DNA of 64,000 bases from Eledone cirrhosa. Taxonomy: Eukaryota. Location of the stretch: positions 68,572,001 through 68,636,000 of the forward strand of contig OZ024742.1 in NCBI GenBank assembly GCA_964016885.1. The letters run 5' to 3'. The translations under genes were made by a program, and so were the position numbers. Below are positions 12,955 to 29,098 of this stretch, in pieces. Numbering within the stretch: position 1 is the first letter of the stretch; each line of letters starts with the position of its first letter. A model generated the notes under the pieces. That model was not told where the DNA came from, did not search any database, and saw nothing but the letters and a program-made list of their open reading frames with translations.

Positions 12955-13243
12955 ATCATCATTTCATTTTACGTCCGCTTTTCCCTGCTTGTAAGGGTGG
13001 GACGGGAACTGATGCTGGCTTGATTTCTACAGCTGGATACCCTTCCTAACACCAACCTCATTTACAGTGAGTGCTGGGTGCTTTTTTGCCGTGGCACCTC
13101 CACGACCACTTTGCTGAGTAAACTGGAGCAATGTGAAATAAAGTGTCTTGCTCAAGGAAACAACACATCACCCAGTCTGAGAATTGAACTCACAACCTTT
13201 CGATTGCAAGGCCAATGCTCTAACCACTAAGCCATGTGCTTCC
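12955..13243 (-). mobile_element. Full-length tRNA-derived SINE with RTE-B-type 3' tail
   Basis: Minus strand: A-box TGGCTTAGTGG (13224-13234), B-box GAGTTCAATTC (13181-13191), CORE-like TCCTTGAGCAAGACACTT, then segments matching the RTE-B 3' UTR, ending CGGACGTAAAATGAAATGATGAT. Confidence 0.85.
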
Positions 13244-13281
13244 ATGTATGTATGTATATATATATATATGTATGTATGTAT

Positions 13282-13345
<64 letters not shown>

Positions 13346-13483
13346 GTATATGTATGTATGTATATATATATATATATATATAGAAAGATTTGAATGGATA
13401 CAGTTTAGTTGAAAGGAATTTATTGACACGTGTTTCTATAACAGTTACGTAACCTAAAACAGCTGCTATCTACAAACTTTTAG

Positions 13484-13540
13484 TTATGCAGACATTCAAT
13501 ATTTCAATGTTATTATTTACTGTCATTTCATCAGAATAAT
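13484..13540 (-). ncRNA. Degenerate type I hammerhead ribozyme
   Basis: Minus: CTGATGA-AATG...CATT-GAAA-TAT tga AT-GTC. Core, stem II and GUC site are intact; stem I is disrupted near the core (only TTAT/ATAA pairs). Confidence 0.55.
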
Positions 13541-14107
13541 ATTACTGAGGACCTATTTAGTTTTTATAGAGAATATTAGGAGGGAGAGGTGAAGTTGTTA
13601 GAAGAATAGTTGAAGGAGTGGTTTTTCGATAGCAGTGAGAATTCTTGGTGGCAGTGAGTAATTAGATTCCCATCTGTTGTTTTGACATTTTTTATAGAAT
13701 ATATTATTGGTTATTTTTCTAAATCTATAGAAGGATTAGAGATAGTAAAGATATGCGTGGTTGGTTTTGTGTTTGCACTTAATTAACATTCAGACTTAAA
13801 TTTTTCTTTCAAGTGTAAGTATCCTTTCACACACGCATTCACACACAAATATATTTGCGCACCTCTACAAAATACATATACTCACAATTCACATATTCAT
13901 ACTTACATATATATACACATGCATACACATATATATACACACATGTATTCATGTACATACATACGCGCTCATGTGTATACATTTTCATACTCAACTTATC
14001 TTTATATACACACGTATAGACACACACATATATACATACATACTCTAGTCCATGTGTACACACATACACATACATACACATCTATATACACATACATACA
14101 TACACAC

Positions 14108-14242
<135 letters not shown>

Positions 14243-14339
14243 CACTTTAATACATGAATACACTTACATCTAACTATACACATCAAACATATATGTATAT
14301 TTACTTATTTATATACATTTTCACATATATATACATACT

Positions 14340-14397
14340 TATGGACGTTTTTAGACACATTCATTATCGCATATTTGCACCTATTCTCATCAGCATA
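14340..14397 (-). ncRNA. Highly degenerate hammerhead relic ~110 bp after the GIY-YIG stop
   Basis: Minus: TATG-CTGATGA...GAA-TGT...AC-GTC-CATA; one A missing from GAAA and stem II weak. Confidence 0.35.
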
Positions 14398-14993
14398 TCT
14401 TTCCATTATTAGTGTGGTAATTTAAGGTTATTAATATATGTTGAGAAGAGACTGTTTTTATATTTTTCTAACTAGATTAAGGTTTATATAGTTGGGGGAT
14501 GTCCCTCTTTTATGTAATATTCGGCTTGTAGTGGGAAAAAAGGGTTTTAGTTCTGTGACGGCAGAATAATGTTCGTTCAATTCTGTTATTCAGCAGTTTC
14601 TTCTTGTGTGTGATTATGTAATAAATCTCAAGATTACACAATTTGCAGAAATTTTGGCTCCTGGAAAAGCTTTGGGTTTTAGCTAATTTCTCCCATTTTA
14701 GGGTAAACTTTTGATCGCTATCCCTGAGCGTCCAAGCTTTTTCTGCTAAAGTTGTTACATTTCTTTGGCTCTGGTGTTTTATTGAGTAAGAATGCCTATA
14801 CAATCGAGATTTAAACGATGTTGCCGTTGATCCCACGTAATACCACTCGTTGCCTCCGGATTTAATGGTACACTTATAAATAATATTTTTTTCCAGGCAG
14901 TTATTGCCGAGGGGGCAGTTGTCAGGATAGGTGCAGTTACAGTTGTGTACGTTGGGTTTTCTCTGGAGTAGTATATATATATATATATATGTC

Positions 14994-15046
<53 letters not shown>

Positions 15047-15072
15047 CTGTATATATATATATATATATGTCT

Positions 15073-16296
15073 ATCATCATCATCATCATCACCGTTGTAC
15101 GTCCGTTCTTCCACGTTAACATGGGTTAGACGGGTTGTCCTGTTGTGGGTAGTGTCTGGTCAGCTGACCTTGTCTTGCTCATACAGGAACGGATTCTGGC
15201 TCGATTTCTACAGCTGGATGCCCTTCATAATACCAACCTCATTCACAGTGAGTGCTGGGTGCTTTTTTTCAGTGGCGCCTACACGTCCACTTTACAGTGT
15301 GGGCTGGGTGCTTTTTTGTAGTCGGGTCTTCTGTATTACTGTCGGGTCTTCTGTATTACTGCGCGACGCCAGAGGTCACGGTCGTTTGTCATCACCTTTG
15401 AGAGGTGTAATTGGGTAAGATCAGCTTCTATCACCTCATCGCAGGTCTTCTTGTGTCTCCCCACTCTGCGGTTTTCATCGACTTCTAGTGCTCTGCACCT
15501 TTTTATGCAGCTGTCATCTTTCATACTCATCACATGTCCATACCAATGCAACCACCTCTCCTGCACACAGCATTTGATTCCTCTTATGCTCAGTCTCTCT
15601 CTCAATTCATTTATGCTTTGCCGTTCACGTATATTACTATTACACATCCATCGGAGCATACAGGCTTTGTTTCTTTCTAATCTACGCAAGTCTTCCACAG
15701 ACAGTACGCTGGTCTCATTACCATGTAACATTGCTGTTCATAAACACGCATCATATAATCTGCCTTTCATTTTGAGGGAAAAGCCTTTTGCAGCTAGCAG
15801 TGGCAGTAGCTTCCTGGACTTCTTCCACCCCGTTCTTACCCTAGGTATTATACTTTCCGAACACCCACCTCCACTGCTAATTTGTTCACTTAGGTAGCAG
15901 AAGCAGTCTACTGTCTCTACAGAGCCCTCCCAGAGATTGGTGGTACTTGTTTCCTGTGGCTGTTTGCTGTCTCAGCACAGCTGCTGCATGTGAAGCCTAC
16001 ATACTTAATTAAGCTTCCTGAGATCCCACTACACCTCTTGTGTACCCATTGTTTGCACTTGGGGCAGAGAACGGAGTTCCTACCTACACCTTTCCTACAT
16101 ACTGAGCAAGGCCATTTCCCTGAGAGGCTCTGGGTTCTGTTTTCTCTTCTACTTACAAGGACCTTAGTCTTTGTCATGTTGACTTTGAGACCCTTTCTTT
16201 CTAGTCCCTGCTTCCAAGTTTGGAATTTCTTCTCTAGTTCTACCATAGATTCAGCTATAAGTGCGAGGTCATCTGCATACAGGAGTTCCCATGGGC
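15073..16296 (-). mobile_element. RTE-B (diverged variant), 5'-truncated at [10 protein letters not shown]
   Basis: (GAT)n tail at 15073; 3' UTR with a deletion; ORF pieces 15336-15731 and 15917-16296; abuts TA arrays on both sides. Confidence 0.95.
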
Positions 16297-16459
16297 ATAT
16301 ATATATATATATATATATGTCTATATATATATATATATGTCTGTATATATATATATATGTGTCTGTATATATATATATATATATGTCTGTGTATAAATAT
16401 ATATATATGTCTGTGTATAAATATATATATATGTCTGTATATAAATATATATATATATG

Positions 16460-16510
<51 letters not shown>

Positions 16511-16557
16511 GTATGTATATATATATGTATGTATATATGTATACATATATACATATA

Positions 16558-16886
16558 TGGTATCCAATGATGTTGACTTGTTCTTCTTTTTGGTAAATAT
16601 CATCTTGGTTAAGAGAGTGGGACTAGCTTTGTGCAGTGCCTTTGCTCACTATAAAAGCTTCACGGCACAGGCATTGCTTTGTATCTGGCGATCTCTCTGC
16701 ACTTGCCGTCACATGGTACCATGGGCCCAGCACTATGTGTCAATAATTGTCACAAGTGTAGTGTTTGTACCAGAGTTTTCAAGTCGCTGGCTGGACTAAA
16801 AAGTCACACTTGTTCAGCGCATCGGTAGGCATTCTCCTACATGGATATAAAGTAGTGGCCGTACTCGAAAACGAGTTGGCAGCCAT
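16558..16886 (+). mobile_element. Bipartite non-autonomous RTE derivative, copy 1 (shortest)
   Basis: Near-identical to 49284-49610 and 56463-56790, with the same right end; C2H2 remnant [23 protein letters not shown] at 16757-16828. Confidence 0.8.
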
Positions 16887-22104
<5,218 letters not shown>

Positions 22105-25100
22105 ATCATCATCACCGTTTTACGTCCGTTCTTCCACGCTAGCATGGGTTAGGCGGGTTGTCCTGTTGTGGGCAGTGTCTGGTCGGCTGACCATGCCTTG
22201 CTCATACAGGAACTGATCTGGCTTGATTTCTACAGCTGGATGCCCTTCCTAACACCAACCTCATTTACAGTGAGTGCTGGGTGCTTTTTCGTGGCGCCTA
22301 CACGTCCACTTTACAGTGTGGGCTGGGTGCTTTTTTGCCGCGGCACCTCCACGACCACCTTGCGGTGGGGGGGGGGGGGGGCATATTGTTTATATGCTTC
22401 AGCATGTACCCATGGGAGGTCGGGTACCCTGTATTACTGCGTGACGCCAGAAGTCACGGTCGTGTGTCATTGACTTTGAGAGGTGTAGTTGGGTAAGGTC
22501 GGCTTTTATCACCTCATCCCAAGTCATCTTGGGTCTCCCCACTCCGCGGTTTCCATCAACTTCTAGTGCTCTGCACCTTTTTATGCAGCTGTCATCCTTC
22601 ATACGCATCACATGTCCATACCAGCGTAACCGCCTCTCCTGCACGCAGCATTTGATTCCTCTTATGCTCAGTCTCTCTCTCAATTCATTTATGCTTTGTC
22701 GTTCACGTATATTACTGTTACACATCCATCGGAGCATGCAGGCTTCGTTTCTCTCTAATCTACGTAAGTCTTCCACCTTCAGCGCCCAGGTCTCACTACC
22801 ATTCCATCGGAGCATGCAGGCTTCGTTTCTCTCTAATCTACGTAAGTCTTCCACCTTCAGCGCCCAGGTCTCACTACCATGCAACATCGCTGTTCGGATA
22901 CACGCATCATACAGTCTGCCTTTCATTCTGAGGGAGAAGCCTTTTGCAGCTAGCAGTGGTAGTAGTTCCCTAAACTTCTTCCATCCCGTTCTTACCCTAG
23001 TTATTGTACTTTCTGAGCACCCACCTCCGTTGCTAATTCGGTCACCTAGGTAGCAGAAGCTGTCTACTGTTTCTACAGAGCCCTCCCAGAGATTGGTGGT
23101 ACTTGTTTCCTGTGGCTGTTTGCTTGCTGTTTCAGCACAGCTGCTGCATGTGAATCCTACATTCTTAATTAAGCTTCCTGAGATCCCGCTACATCTCTTG
23201 TGTACCCATTGTTTGCATTTGGGGCAAAGAATGGAGTTCCTACCTACACCTTTCCTACATACTGAGCAAGGCCATTTCCCTGAGGGGATCTGGGTTCTGT
23301 TTTCTCGTCTACTTATAAGGACCTTAGTCTTTGTCATGTTGACTTTGAGGCCCTTTCTCTCTAGTCCCTGCTTCCAGGTTTGGAATTTATTCTCTAGTTC
23401 TACCATAGATTCAGCTATGAGTGCGAGGTCATCAGCATACAGGAGTTCCCATGGGCATCCGGTCTTAAACTCCTCCGTTATTGCCTGCAGGACTATGATG
23501 AACAGGAGAGGGCTAAGAACAGAGCCCTGGTGGACCCCAACCTGTACGCTAAATTCCTCGCTATACTCATTGCCAATCCTAACTTTGCTGACTGCTCCCC
23601 TATACATGGCTTGTACCGCTTTCACAAGCCATTCATCTACTCCTAGTTTTCTAAGAGTAGCTGTGCTATAACTCTTTCTGTTACTTTCATGACCTGGTCC
23701 ATCAACTTTATACCTCTATAGTTTCCTCTATCTAGTGCATCGCCTTTACCTTTGTAGCAGTTGACAATGATGCTACTGCACCAATCTTTTGGTATGGCCC
23801 CCTCTAGTATTACCTGGTTAACGATACGTGTGGTTATAGTGTGACCTACAGACCCAGATGCCTTCAGCATCTCGGCAGCTATACCCGATGGACCGGTTGC
23901 CTTCCCTATCTTCATATCTCTGATTGCCTTACTTACTACGCTGCCGCTGACTTGTACTGCTGGTCCCTCTATAGGGTCTACGTGGGGTAGGGTCTCTTCT
24001 TCCCATGCATTCTCCTCATTTAGTAATCTATCATAATGACTCTTCCATGCATCTTTCTTCTCAGCACTTGTGAGGGCAAGCTCACCTTTATCATTCCGGA
24101 TACACTTCTCTCCAATGACATCACAACTATCTCTGACACACTGCCTCGCAATCTTGAATACCTCCTGTTTCTGGTCCTCACGTTGTAAAACATGCTTGAA
24201 TTTTCTATCCTCTGCTTCCCTCCTAGCTAAGTATACTTGTCGCCTAGCTTCTCTCTTGGTCTCTATGTAATGTACCCTGCTCCCCCCGTTCTTCCATTCT
24301 TTCCATGCCTGTCTCTTGGCCTTGACTGCTTCATCGACCTTATTGTTCCACCACCAAGTCACTCTCCTCCTGCTTGAGGTCTTACTCCAGCCACAAACCT
24401 CATCCGTCGCCTCTAGTAAGTTATTTTTTAGGAACTCCCAGTTCTCTTCTACGTTAAATGTCTCTATCTGTTCTTCTTTACTGTCGTAGGCGTTGAGTAA
24501 AATATCTTTAAATCTGTTACTGGTTGAGGGGACTTTCAGCTTCCAGATCTTTCTTCTCCAGGTTGGCCTCTGTTTCAGGGCTCGTCTAGTTCTGACCGTG
24601 AGGTCGCTGACAACTAAGCTATGTTGGGATGTACATTCCTCACTAGGGAAGGCTTTTGTGTTTACGACCGTCCATCTGTCACGTCCTCTGATGAGGATAA
24701 AATCTAACTGACTAGAGTGCTCCCCTGATCTATAGGTGATCAGGTGGTTGTCGGGTTTTTTAAAGTTTGTGTTACATATCGACATGTCATTGGCGTCGCA
24801 GAATTCTAGAAGTCTGAATCCTTCCTCATTCCTTGTGCCAACTCCATGGCCTCCATGTACTCTATTGAAGCCGTCGCAGTGTTTACCTACGTGTCCGTTA
24901 AAATCTCCTGCAATGATTAGGAAGTCCTTGTCGTCTGTTAGAGCAGTAGTGTGTATTAGGGACTCGTAAAACCTATCCTTAAGTTCGTCTGGCAGCCCCG
25001 ATTGGGGTGCGTAAGCTGATATTATTGTGGTAATTGTCTTATTCAGGACTAGTCTGAGTTTAATGATTCTTGCATTTACCCTGTACACTGAGATTACTTT

Positions 25101-26037
25101 ATCTACCCACTTGTCAGCTAATAGTATACCTACACCACCCATCCCATCGTCATTTCCCACCCAGAAAAATTTGTAGCACTGGCTTTTTCCTACAAGGACT
25201 CTAGCAGACCCTCCTCTCCATCTAGTCTCTTGCACACAGCATACATCAACTTCCTTTCGCTCTAGCATTTCTACGATTTCTCCTGCTCTTCCTTTCATTG
25301 AGCCTACATTGATGGTACCAACTCGGAGTTTTGGGCATTTGTCGACACTCGTAGGGGAGGGTCTCTGGGTTGGCGCTTCACGTGGGTGCTTGGTAGCTCG
25401 CAGATTCATATTTCATCTATTGATTCAGAGTTGCTCGTGTATTCCCAGCTCATCCATCCATAACGGTGGGAAAATTGAGGGCTAGAAGGACAGTGGTGGT
25501 GGGGTAATGGCAGGGTGTGTTGGGATGCGCCAGAGGAGAGAGTTAGTTAGGCAGGTAGTAGCAGCAGCAGCAGTGGAAATGGCATGCTAGGTTTGATTGG
25601 TCGAATAGACTATGGTGGTGTGTGGGGGTGGGGGGGAGGGAAATTGTGAGGTAGGAACTGAGGGTCGCATGGTAAATATCCAAGTTAATACTACATCAGT
25701 AAAATTAACAATAATAACGTCATGAAAAAAGCTACTAAGAGAAACCCTCGAAAATTTATCGCTAATACAGCAGGGAAAATTTAACGCTAATACAGCAGGG
25801 AACATCATAATATTAACGACAATATGTAGGCTAAAATACCTTCGTAGATTAGATGGATGGCTGGCTGGGAAAATTGGAATCAGCTCTAGTGGTACATTTT
25901 AGCAGAGAAGAATGGGAAAGTGTCTTATCTCTTCAATATTTTCAGATTGAATGAATTAGGTTAAAGACAGGGTAGTAAGCCTTAAAGAAGTGCATAGAGA
26001 GGGGAGGGGGGGGGTAGGAACTGAGGGCCGCATGGTA
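22105..26037 (-). mobile_element. RTE-B, near full length including ~630-bp 5' region
   Basis: (GAT)n tail at 22105; ORF start at 25409; 5' region runs to the TA run at 26038. Confidence 0.95.
22399..25409 (-). pseudogene. RTE-B single ORF (APE-RT-PHD), inactivated
   Basis: GTINV, QETR, YAPQ, GDFN, ENYRGI-like motifs, YADD. A frameshifting deletion of ~187 bp at 23657/23659 removes QFGF..DLEKAFD; there is also an in-frame 78-bp duplication at ~22726-22880. Confidence 0.93.
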
Positions 26038-26051
26038 TATATATGTATATA

Positions 26052-29000
26052 TATTGCAGGCGACCTAAATGGTCACGTTGGACAACATTGTGACGGCTAC
26101 GACGAAATCCATGGAGGCTATGGGTTTGGTACTAGAAATGAGGAAGGCTCCAGAATCCTGGAATTCTGTGATGCAAATAACCTAACTATCTGTAACACTA
26201 ACTTCAAAAAACGTGACAATCACCTGATCACCTATAGATCCGGGGAACACACAAGCCAGGTAGATTATATCCTTACCAGAAGACGTGACAGAGTGTCTGT
26301 TGTAAACACTAAATCCCTCCCCCATGAAGAATGCACCTCCCAACATAGACTGATAATTAGCGACCTCATAGTCAGGACGAGACGTACTCGACAGCAGAAG
26401 AGGACTATCCTCAGGAGAAAAATATGGAAGCTAAAGGACCCCACAGCCAGAAATAAATTTCAAAGCATATTACTTGATGGTTTCGACAGTAAGGAAGAAC
26501 ATTTAGAGTCGGACAATATAGAGGGACAGTGGGAATTTCTGAAAGCAAACCTGCTGATGGCGACAGACGAAGTCTGTGGCTGGAGCAGGCCTGTAGGCAG
26601 GAGGAGAGTAACATGGTGGTGGAACAGTAAGGTGGAGGGGTCAATTAAGGCCAAAAAGCAGGCTTGGAAAGTATGGCGGGATGGGGGAAGTAGAGAAGAC
26701 TATCAAGTGGCCAGGAGGGAAGCTAGGAGACAAGTGTACTTAGCAAGAAGGGAAGCTGAGGAAAGAAAGTTCAAGCATGTTCTACAACGCGAGGACCAAA
26801 AACGTGAGGTGTTCAGGATTGCTAGGCAATGCGTCAAGGAAAATCGTGATATTGTCGGGGAGAAGTGTGTACTAAACGACGATGGCACACTTGCCATCAC
26901 CGACGCTGATAAGAAGGTAGCTTGGAAGTGTCACTATGAAAGGCTACTAAATGAGGAGAATAAATGGGAGAAAGACAGTCTCCCCCATATCGACCCAATA
27001 GAGGGACCAGCAGTGTTAGTCGAGGGGAGTATAATAAGTAAGGCAATCAAGGATATGAAGACGGGTAAGGCGGCTGAGCCTTCGGAAATAGTTGCTGAGA
27101 TGCTGAAGGCATCTGGCACGGTGGGACACACCATGGTCACCCGCATAGTTAACCAAGTCGTACAGAATGGGGTTGTTCCGAAGGACTGGAATAGCAGCAT
27201 CATCGTTAACTGTTATAAGGGTAAAGGAGACGCCCTAGATAGGAGTAACTATAGAGGCATTAAATTAATCGACCAGGTCATGAAGGTCACGGAAAAAGTA
27301 ATAGCGCAACTAATCAGAGAGAGAATTGACCTAGATGAAATGCAGTTCGGGTTTGTGTCAGGCAAAAGTACTACAGACGCTCTTTTCATAGTACGACAAC
27401 TACAGGAGAAGTACCTAGCTAAAGGTAAATCCCTCTACTTAGCTTTTGTCGACTTGGAGAAAGCCTTCGACAGAGTCCCCCGCTCCATTATCTGGTGGGC
27501 TCTTAGAAAACTAGGCGTTGACGAATGGCTTGTGAGGGCTATACAAGCCATGTATAAAGAAACAGTCAGCAAGGTTAGAATTAACAACGAATATAGTGAA
27601 GAGTTTAGCGTAAAAGTTGGCGTCCATCAGGGCTCTGTTCTCAGCCCCCTACTATTTATTATTGCCCTTCAGGCTATAACAGAGGAGTTCAAGACAGGCT
27701 GCCCATGGGAACTCCTATACGCAGACGACCTGACACTCATAGCGGAATCAATGGCCGAGCTAGAGAAGAAATTCCAAACATGGAAGCACGGCCTAGAGTC
27801 AAAAGGACTTAAAATTAACCTGGCTAAGACCAAAGTACTAGTTTGTAGGAAAGAAAACAAGGCGGCGGTCCCTTCTGGGAAATGGTCGTGCTCGGTGTGT
27901 AGGAAAGGCGTAGGTAGAAACTCCATTTTATGTCCTAAATGCAAAGTATGGGTGCATAAAAGATGTAGTGGGATCACAGGTAAGCTAACTAAGAACATAG
28001 ATTTTACATGTGGCCGGTGTTCTGGTGCAATAAGTAGCAGCAAGTGCCCACAAAATACTAGCTCTTTCAATTGCGCAGAGGGTTCTATAGAAATAGTGGA
28101 CAGCTTCCGTTACCTGGGCGATAAAATCAGCAGTGGGGGAGGGTGCTCTGAAAGTACTGTAGCTAGAGTCAGAACTGGTTGGAAAAAGTTCAGAGAGCTT
28201 ATACCACTATTAGCTGCTAAAGGGTTCTCCCTAAAAATGAAAGGCAGGTTGTACGATGCCTGCGTACGAACAGCAATGCTGCATGGCAGTGAGACCTGGG
28301 CATTGTGTGCAGAGGATATACGCAGACTAGAGAGGAACGAAGCTTGCATGCTCCGCTGGATGTGTAACAGTAATATACGTGAACGGCAAAACATAAACGA
28401 ACTAAGGAAAAAGTTAGTGATAAGAGGGATCAGATGTTGTTTACTCGAGAGAAGGCTACGTTGGTATGGACACGTGATGCGCATGAAAGTCGATAGCTGT
28501 ATAACAAAGTGCAGGGCAATAAAGATAGACGGTAGTCACGGAATAGGCAGACCTAGAAAAACCTGGGACGAGCTGATAAACTCCGACATCACACACTTAC
28601 ACCCCTCCAAGACAATGTCACTGGACCGAGACCTTTCGCGGTACTCAGTAACAGAGAAGACCCGCCTTACCTAAATATATAGTAAAACCTACTCCAGCCA
28701 GTAGGCATCTCTAACAAAATACACCCCCGTCCCACCACCACCACCCCCACCCCATCCACACTACCCCGTTCTATGTAAAGTTATGTTGGTGCCGCGCCAT
28801 CCAGGCCGAAACAAATGAGATCGTGTAGGTGTCACGACAAAAAAACACACAGTCCATGCTGTAATGTGGCCGTGTAGGCAACACGGTAAAAACCTCCCAG
28901 ACCCACACTGTAAATGTGGTTGGTGTTAGGAAGGGCATCCAACTGTAGAAAACCTGCCAGACAGTCCTATGCGAGCAAGACAATCACTCTTGCCTCAAGT

Positions 29001-29074
29001 GGGAATACCCCCGTCCAAACCCATGCAAGCGTGGAACACGGACGTTAAACGTTGATGATGATGATGATGATGAT
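26052..29074 (+). mobile_element. RTE-A copy (subtype A1), 5'-truncated at the GDLN motif
   Basis: 3' UTR ending GGACGTTAAACGTT(GAT)n. Confidence 0.95.
26053..28674 (+). CDS. RTE-A ORF (partial APE + RT + PHD), uninterrupted
   Basis: [44 protein letters not shown]4HC3 finger, [23 protein letters not shown]. Confidence 0.93.
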   Translation: MAGDLNGHVGQHCDGYDEIHGGYGFGTRNEEGSRILEFCDANNLTICNTNFKKRDNHLITYRSGEHTSQVDYILTRRRDRVSVVNTKSLPHEECTSQHRLIISDLIVRTRRTRQQKRTILRRKIWKLKDPTARNKFQSILLDGFDSKEEHLESDNIEGQWEFLKANLLMATDEVCGWSRPVGRRRVTWWWNSKVEGSIKAKKQAWKVWRDGGSREDYQVARREARRQVYLARREAEERKFKHVLQREDQKREVFRIARQCVKENRDIVGEKCVLNDDGTLAITDADKKVAWKCHYERLLNEENKWEKDSLPHIDPIEGPAVLVEGSIISKAIKDMKTGKAAEPSEIVAEMLKASGTVGHTMVTRIVNQVVQNGVVPKDWNSSIIVNCYKGKGDALDRSNYRGIKLIDQVMKVTEKVIAQLIRERIDLDEMQFGFVSGKSTTDALFIVRQLQEKYLAKGKSLYLAFVDLEKAFDRVPRSIIWWALRKLGVDEWLVRAIQAMYKETVSKVRINNEYSEEFSVKVGVHQGSVLSPLLFIIALQAITEEFKTGCPWELLYADDLTLIAESMAELEKKFQTWKHGLESKGLKINLAKTKVLVCRKENKAAVPSGKWSCSVCRKGVGRNSILCPKCKVWVHKRCSGITGKLTKNIDFTCGRCSGAISSSKCPQNTSSFNCAEGSIEIVDSFRYLGDKISSGGGCSESTVARVRTGWKKFRELIPLLAAKGFSLKMKGRLYDACVRTAMLHGSETWALCAEDIRRLERNEACMLRWMCNSNIRERQNINELRKKLVIRGIRCCLLERRLRWYGHVMRMKVDSCITKCRAIKIDGSHGIGRPRKTWDELINSDITHLHPSKTMSLDRDLSRYSVTEKTRLT

Positions 29075-29098
29075 ATATATATGTATATATATATATGT

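Noticed and set aside
13170-13243. tRNA gene
   Set aside because: A and B boxes are present but the acceptor stem is incomplete and it continues into a SINE body and LINE tail.
22529-23671. Antisense ORFs recurring in RTE and CR1 copies
   Set aside because: Shadows of the LINE ORFs; they recur only because the copies are near-identical.
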